The notes beneath the pieces were generated by a model. That model did no database searches. It saw only the letters and a program-made list of their open reading frames with translations, and was not told the origin of the DNA. The position numbers and the translations under genes were made by a program. From assembly GCF_009914755.1 (NCBI RefSeq), contig NC_060938.1: a stretch of DNA of 64,000 nt; one strand, given 5' to 3'. The stretch is from the human T2T-CHM13v2.0 reference genome, Homo sapiens. Positions 56,527 to 64,000 of this stretch are shown here, one piece after another. Position 1 is the stretch's first letter. Each line of letters starts with the position of its first letter.

Positions 56527-59500
56527 CATGTACAATCAGTACCACTCAGTGACTGATCTTAAATGAGGTTTCTAACTGAGCAACAGGTGCATGGTGGCAC
56601 CATTAGCAGAAGAGGATGAAGAAGGCTCAGGCACTCTGGGGCCCACTGACCAGTGTCCCTTGGTTTCTTGGAGCACCTTGGAGGAGATGCCTGGATGCTG
56701 AGGCCCACGAGGGCAAGTTCCCTTCCTTTCTCATCTTCATAGACCTTCTAGAATAGCCAGGTCAGAACAGTGCACAGTTACCAGGTGGTATTTGCTTAAT
56801 AAGTAAGGAAGACACAAGGTCCTCATTTGCTGAGTGAGCAGAACAGATGGACCAGGATGAAATGGCTGGAATAAAATCCAAACTCCAGCTTGGGCCAAAA
56901 AGGCCTGGCATGATCAGGACTCTGGCTGCCTGAACAACTTGTCTTTTCTTGCTTTCTCCCTCACTCTAGCCACATGGGTTCCTTGCTATTCTTCACACCC
57001 CAGATTCACTCCCTCTTCAGGGCCTGTGAAGTCATTATTGCCTCTGCCAGGTGTACCCTTCCCTTACATTTTCAAATCACTTCATTCAGTTCCTCAGTGA
57101 AGCCTTTTCTGACTGCTCTAAAATAGCTTCCCATGGCCACCATAACTCCTTTTTCTGATTCTGTTCTGTTTTCTTCGTGGCACTAAACATTCCTGAAATT
57201 ATATTATACATTTATCATTTTATTGTGTCTCTCCCACTAGTTTATGAGGCTATGAGGGCAAGGGCCTCTTGCTGTTATACTCTGCTGTTTCCAGGGTTGG
57301 AACAGGGCCCAGCTCACAGAAAGAGCTCTGTAAAAATGTTGACCAATAAGCAAGTAAGCAGAGTGATCTCCGTGGCCTCCAAGATTCCTTCCAAGAGTCT
57401 TTTCTTTCTTTCTTTTTTTCTTTTTCTTTTTCTTTTTTTTTTTTAATGTTTCCCACTGTGCTTTATACCTGGAAGGTCTTCATGTATTTGTAAAGTTGAC
57501 TGGAGGGTAAACTATGGATACTAAAAATTTCAAATAAAACCAGTCAGTGAGTTTGCTTTAGCCCCCTGCATAGCAGTGGCTATTTCTTTTTAATCCCAAA
57601 TAGCACATTTCCACTTGACTTTGATGAAGTGCCTTAAGAATATCAAAGAGAGCCTGGTTGAGCTGCCTAGAATTTCCTGCCCATGTAAGCCAGCCTGGGA
57701 GCTCCTGGGTGAGGCTGAAGAAATCAGGGGAGGGAAGGAGTGGGGGTTGCCTGGGCTTAGCGCTGCCACTGGTTATCAGTTCAGGTCTCAAATAGCTGGA
57801 ACCTGGTGTTTGTCTTAAACTTCATCTTTGTCAACATGACTGCCATCCTTCTCCGACTCATTACCATTTTCATGATCTCCTCTGCTTTACATAAGCCCTT
57901 GACCTTTTCTGATCTGTCTCAGTCTATAAATCTAACCCAAGTATTTTAAACTGGCTTATCACTCCAGCTGACTCCCAACTTTATCAAACTTTAGCAGGAG
58001 ATTGGCAGCAATTCCTTGTTCAATTTCTCTGTAAAACAGATCTTTTCGGAGTGAAGGCACCAAGATATCATGATGTAGACTTTGGAGTCTGCCAGACTTG
58101 AGTAGGAATCTGGCTCCCCTACTTTCCAGTTGTGTGATTTTGGCCAAATAAAGTGCTCTCTCTGATTCCAGTCCTGGTCAGAATGTAATTTTAAAAATCA
58201 TAATTATCATACAATTATGCAGTGAATATACATAAAATACTTATTTAACTCACAAAGGAAGAAACCTGCAGGGTGGTAAAGGTTGTTCAAAGATACTGTC
58301 CAAAAATATTTAGAAACATACTTAGTCTGTCAGGAAAGGAGTGTTGCAATAAACCTGTTAAGTGAGATTTAAAACTGGTGAATGTCATACAGGCCAACAA
58401 AACCGTAAACGTTGGTGCTATGTTTCCTAGTGGACATAAATAATGTGCATCTCCATTGAACAAAATTATTTGCATCTTACCAATGTTTCTCTAGCTAAAA
58501 TAGAAGTTTGCATTGTCTAAGCCCTAATTAATAATAAATAGTAAATAGTTAATTGAACAAAGATATTTTTCTAGAAAATTAGAAAATCCTTGGGAGTATC
58601 TCTTAAACAATGCTCCAATATGATATTAAAGGACATGCAATATTCTTTGCCATGTTCCAGCTTTTGAATACTTTTTTAAACAGTTTTCTTATGTTAATTG
58701 GGGTGCTATACTATCAGACACATTGCATAATATAGAGGAGATAGTATTTCGAGCCTCATACAAGGCCCTTCTTTCTTGATTAAGTAGACTGATGGTTTAC
58801 CAAGCTATTGCTACTCATTAATTCCCTATTAGGTATCAATATCACCATGCAGTAGAGAGGGTCCTTTGAGCCTTCAAGATTCTGAAGACATCAACCTCTT
58901 CCCTTTGTTGACCCAGCCTTGGGGGTTGGTAGCTGCTTCCTGCCATTACTGTTTCTGAGTTACTTCAATATTTTCTTTTAGCTTTATCTTCCCTTCAACA
59001 CCTGTTTAATGAATTTATATGTTACATTCTCTGTTAAAATAATGAGTATGGTTTCTGTTTTTGATTTACCCTGACTACTACCTGTGGAAAAGGAGCATAT
59101 ATTTCCTTGACTTCCTGATGATAAGGAAGTTTTCTCTGGAAAACATGACATGAGTTTTAAAGTTACATTTATTATTACATTCAGAACTGTTACTTTTACT
59201 GCTTCTGGAAAGTATTGTTGTTTTTTTCCTACAAAAAAACTCTCTCAAAGCACTTTGCATGCATCATCTCATTTAATACTCAAAATGATCCGATGAGTTA
59301 TTAATTACTCTCATCCTTACTTTAAAGATAAAGAAACTTAAGTCCAGAGAGGCAAAATAGCTCCCCTAAAATCCCACTAGCAAGTAGTGGGGCTGGGATT
59401 CAAACCCAGGCTGCCTGAATCCACTCTCCATCGCTCTCCTTCGTAAATTGTGATGTATGAGTCATGGGTTCAATTTGCATTGTGACATTGTTTGTGTAAA

Positions 59501-60187
59501 GAGCAGTCTTTTCGTCAAGAAAAAAAAATAAAGCAAAGAAAGCCTGTGAGAGGTAAGAGCATTCAACAAGAATTAGTGGGGAGAAGATCCATTGTCCTCA
59601 CCTGCTGTGATTGTTCAGGACCATGGACAGTAACCACGGAGTTTCTCACACAACCACCTGCCCCCATGGCAATGCAAAATACGTTTCTTACCCCTCAAGC
59701 TGCCCTGTATCGCTCTGCAGACTGTGCCTTGTAAAAGAGTATTTGGCTAAGGGGGTGAGGGTAGGCTCTGATGGCCAAGTTGTGCAACCTGGTGTGGGAC
59801 TATAACTTCCCTGGGGAAGAGGGGCTTTCTATAAGTTTTCTCTTAGCCCAGTGGGCTATAAGTGATCCTGTTACTGTAGGTCATGGTCAAAAAGTTGGAA
59901 AACAATTCCAGAGTTCGATAACTGCGAACCAGACATGGCAGAACTAAGATCCACACAGGCCGAGTTTTGGTGAGAAGAGGAGGAAAGGATAATATTTGGG
60001 AATTTGGAAACGAAATTTAAGAGAGATCTTTGAGAAGCATGAGGGTGTTACTTACTTGAGGAGAGAGAAGGTTAAAGAAGAACTGAAGTGAAGAGGGTGC
60101 TTAGTGGGAGCAAATTTCCCAGACCTGATGATTTTGCCTAAGGCTTGCTCCAACCTTAGCTCTGAGACAGTAAAGACAAGGATTTAC

Positions 60188-60578
<391 letters not shown>

Positions 60579-60757
60579 TTAATTTGTCTTTGTGTCCTTA
60601 GCTCTGAACACAAGGTACAAGATTACTGTGTAATGAACATAATTATCTATGGATTCTAAGCAATCTTGTACTAGTCCTTCCAGAAATGTCTGAGACTGTT
60701 TTCTCCTCTGCAAAACAGGCTCCTGTTTTCTACATAGGATGACCATCAGGATCACAT

Positions 60758-60830
60758 GGGGAATTAGCTCAAGTGGTAGAGCGCTCGCTTAGCATGCGAG
60801 AGGTAGTGGGATCGATGCCCGCATTCTCCA
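60758..60830 (+). tRNA. tRNA-Ala (anticodon AGC), possibly a retroposed or weakly expressed copy
   Basis: 73 nt; acceptor GGGGAAT/ATTCTCC with the G3:U70 Ala identity pair and A73; anticodon arm CTCGC-TTAGCAT-GCGAG; T arm GTGGG-ATCGATG-CCCGC. Confidence 0.92.
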
Positions 60831-62533
60831 TACGTTACCATTTGAATCTTGGGTCTCCAAACAAGATCACAGACGTTGAGCCAGGTTTATTTTGAAGATC
60901 AAATGAAATAATCAAGGTGATGAACCTTGTGAAATGCTAAGTGCTGCATAGCAGTTGTTTGTGGTATAGTTGTTACGATGTAAATTAACTGGTCCCTATT
61001 TTTATTTATGGAGGGCAGACTATATTGTGGAATCCTAGGAAAGTGTTTTGGGAAATAGGAGTAGATTTAAAGGCTGCCACTACAAGTGCTGTATGAAGAC
61101 TAGTATTCTGTACTGAAAGATAAGGATTTACAAGGTATTTTTTATAATTAACATGGTGTAAACACATTCCACTTTCTAAACACATTGTTCAACTTAGTAA
61201 CTGCAACTCCTACACCCTTAGAAGGATAATTTTCTCCTCCTGATTTTTTTTTTGAAAAGTCACTAGCTAGCACTTCTTTAAAATCCAACATTTAAAACAA
61301 ATACATCAAACTCCGCCAGGAGATGCAACCTCTTGATCTCAAAATCCAGGCAAAGATATTAACAAAATGCAGAAATTATTTCAAAACTGTGTAGTAATGA
61401 TGAGACTATGGTGGGTGATGAGGAAATAAGGGAGAGAAGGAGGGAAAGAAAGGGAGGAAGACAAGAAAAAGATCAAAAGCTTCCCAAATCCCAAAAACTT
61501 TAGAAATTTTTAAATTTCAGGACACCTGCTGTTTAAGCCTAAAATATCCACTTTGATGCTTTAAATAGATGAGACCAAAGTGACATCATTGATGTCACTC
61601 TGGAAAACATAGTTCCATTAGGGTGATTTTTCACAACATTCTTTCCCAAGATATAAATGTTATTTGTTTCAAATGAAGAAAGGAACCACACTGGTCTAAG
61701 TCACACTTCCCCAGCTATTCTTTTTACAGCATAAATTAATGATCTTACGGTTTACACTGACAGACACTCAAAGGTGTTTAATCAGCTGTCTCTGACAAAA
61801 CACAGCATTTTTTAGGCTGGCACATTTACAAATAAAGAAAAAACAGCCTGTAATCCCTCATAAAGTGGAGCTATAGTTCAACCCCATTTGATAAAATGAC
61901 ATTCTCTTGAACAGTTCCTCATGAATGCATAAACAGGGCACAGCTCGGGAAGTTCAGGTACGTGCAGAGCATAAATATTGCATGGGATACATTAGCCAAG
62001 CCCTGGAAAGAAGGGTATCTCAACCTTCCTATCCCAGTTAAAAGGGGGAAGGGGCCAACTGTATAGCTAAGGCAATAGATTACCTGTTGGCTTCCAATGA
62101 ATCTAGGTCACGCAGAGAGAAAATGTTCAGCCCAATAGAAGAAGCAAGAGTGGGAGAGTGGAGGTAATGGGAACAGGCATTTCTTTGAGCAGGGCAGCAT
62201 TTATGCATGCAAGAAATGAATAACTATCTGCCCTGATTGTTGCCTCCTTGGAAACAAAAGGATGAAAATCCTAAAAAGATGAAATTACTATGGTGCATAG
62301 ACTGCTGGTAATATCTAGGCCCAGCTCATCCTTGAGATATTACTGGCAGTCTACACACCACAGCAATAATTACTGAATATCCACTGTGAGCCAGGAATGG
62401 TGTCAGGGATCATAAATCCAAAAGCCATGAAGATACTTCTGCTGTTCCATTTCAATGGGGAGGAACATAGTCAGGGATCTTGGTGGCTACAGAACCCAGA
62501 TCTGGCTACACTGAATGGAAAAGGGATTTATTT

Positions 62534-62708
62534 TTTTTATTTTTATTTTTTTTATTATACTCTAAGTTTTAGGGTACATGTGCACATTGTGCAGGTTAGT
62601 TACATATGTATACATGTGCCATGCTGGTGCGCTGCACCCACTAACGTGTCATCTAGCATTAGGTATATCTCCCAATGCTATCCCTCCCCCCTCCCCCGAC
62701 CCCACCAC
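62534..62708 (-). mobile_element. L1HS pre-Ta (ACG/G) 3' end, severely 5'-truncated
   Basis: Minus strand gatgacACGttagtggg (62645-62647) and aaaacttaGagtata (62562); poly-A; perfect 17-bp TSD ggaaaagggatttattt (62517-62533 / 62709-62725). Confidence 0.93.
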
Positions 62709-62734
62709 GGAAAAGGGATTTATTTAAAGGACTT

Positions 62735-63145
62735 TGACTGGCAAATGAATAAGCAAAATGTGGTATATCCATGTAGTGAAATATTATGTGGCAATAAAAA
62801 AGGAACAAACAATGGATACATCCACCAAATCAACTTTTAAAGAAATTATGAAACACTATGGGAAAAGCCAGACAGAAAATACTACATAATGTTTGATTCA
62901 ATTTATATGATATTTTTAGAAAAGTCAGAGAGTCAGGAAGCAGATTCTTGTTGCATGGGACTAGAGGTGTGAATGGTGATCAGTAACAAATGGGCAAGAG
63001 TGAACTTTTCTGAGGTGATGGAAGAGTTCTAAAACTGGATTGGGGTGATGGTTGCACAACTGGATACATTTACTAAAACTTATTGAAATGTACACTTACA
63101 ATGGGTAAATTTTATGGTCTATAAATTGCGCTCCAATAAAATGGC
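62735..63145 (+). mobile_element. Old L1M (ME/MC-class) 3' end
   Basis: aaaatgtggtatatccat...ggtgatggttgcacaac...tacacttacaatgggtaaattttatgg...caataaa. Confidence 0.75.
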
Positions 63146-63629
63146 ATGACAACTACAAAAAGGACATTGGACAGCTTGCAAAATAGGGCACAGAATCTGG
63201 GAGGGCTGGACAACTAACCTTAACAGCCAGGACCAATGCTTGAAATATGCCACAGGAACAGTGGCCACTACTGCAGCTGCCCTCACTAGAATGGGATCCC
63301 CAGGGTCTCTGCCTCTGTATGGCACATATTTCTGGGGCTAGCCCAGGCACTGCTCTCTGACTGGAGGAGACTATCAGAGCTCTCAGTTTAGCTGAAAGGA
63401 GGACTGAGAGAGAAGGTGTCTGACATTTTTCCATTTCTATACTGCGAGGTAGGCATTGCTTATGAGAAGCAGGAGCACCCCAAACATAGGAATGGGGTTC
63501 AGATGCAAAGTGGACAAAAAAAACAAATATCCACTACAGACCAATATAATCCATTTTTTAGTATGTTCTGGGATGTGCATGATAGAGGCATGTGCAGAGA
63601 ATTTGGGGAGCACTTATAAGGTAGGAGGG

Positions 63630-64000
63630 GAACTTAGGCAGACTGGTGCTGAAGAGAAGAGTTCCTGGAGGAAATGATGCAGAGTCTAAATGAGGAGTAA
63701 GAGTGAGCCCAGTGAGTACAGGAGGAGTCTTCTAGACAGAGGCAAGTAAAGGGAGCTCAGTTTCCAGCGTGTCGAGGCTGAAGTGGAGACTGATGAGTCA
63801 TGCCGGGGTAGGAGATTTGCATTTATTTTATTGGCCCTAGATATCATGGGAGGGATTTAAGGTGGGGAGTGATCTGGTACAAATTTTCACTTTGGAAGGA
63901 CAATTTTGGCAGCAATATGAAATGTGTGTTGAGAGGAGCAAATCTAAAGGCAGGGAGACCAGGCGGAACCTGCTGTAATTGTTTGGATGGGAGATGATAT
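63630..64000 (-). mobile_element. L2 fragment
   Basis: ggagatttgcatttattt...gggagtgatctggt...caattttggcagcaatatg...aggcagggagacc. Confidence 0.6.

Overview
Human, repeat-dense genomic DNA. Species is inferred from human-specific retrotransposon diagnostics (an AluYg6-type element and an L1HS pre-Ta 3' end). I see no credible protein-coding exon: the ORF track is explained by Alu, L1, LTR and low-complexity sequence. The only gene is one cloverleaf-competent tRNA-Ala(AGC) at 60758-60830. The rest is a mosaic of Alu, L1, L2, MIR, MaLR/ERVL/ERV1 LTRs and hAT/mariner MITE remnants. Subfamily names come from my recall of consensus sequences, and boundaries of old repeats are approximate. The most notable structures are: (1) a ~650-bp inverted duplication (39009-39661 / 41396-42050) with patchy identity around a 1.7-kb spacer; (2) a tail-less AluYg6 bounded by a 10-bp direct repeat; (3) a 2.5-kb cluster of a near-consensus AluY(c1-like), an orphan tRNA-Ala between MIR remnants and a tiny pre-Ta L1HS insertion; (4) a 26-bp x10 minisatellite; (5) a 150-bp tandem duplication; (6) an Alu/THE1 deletion junction. 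I could not support a wholly new biological system.
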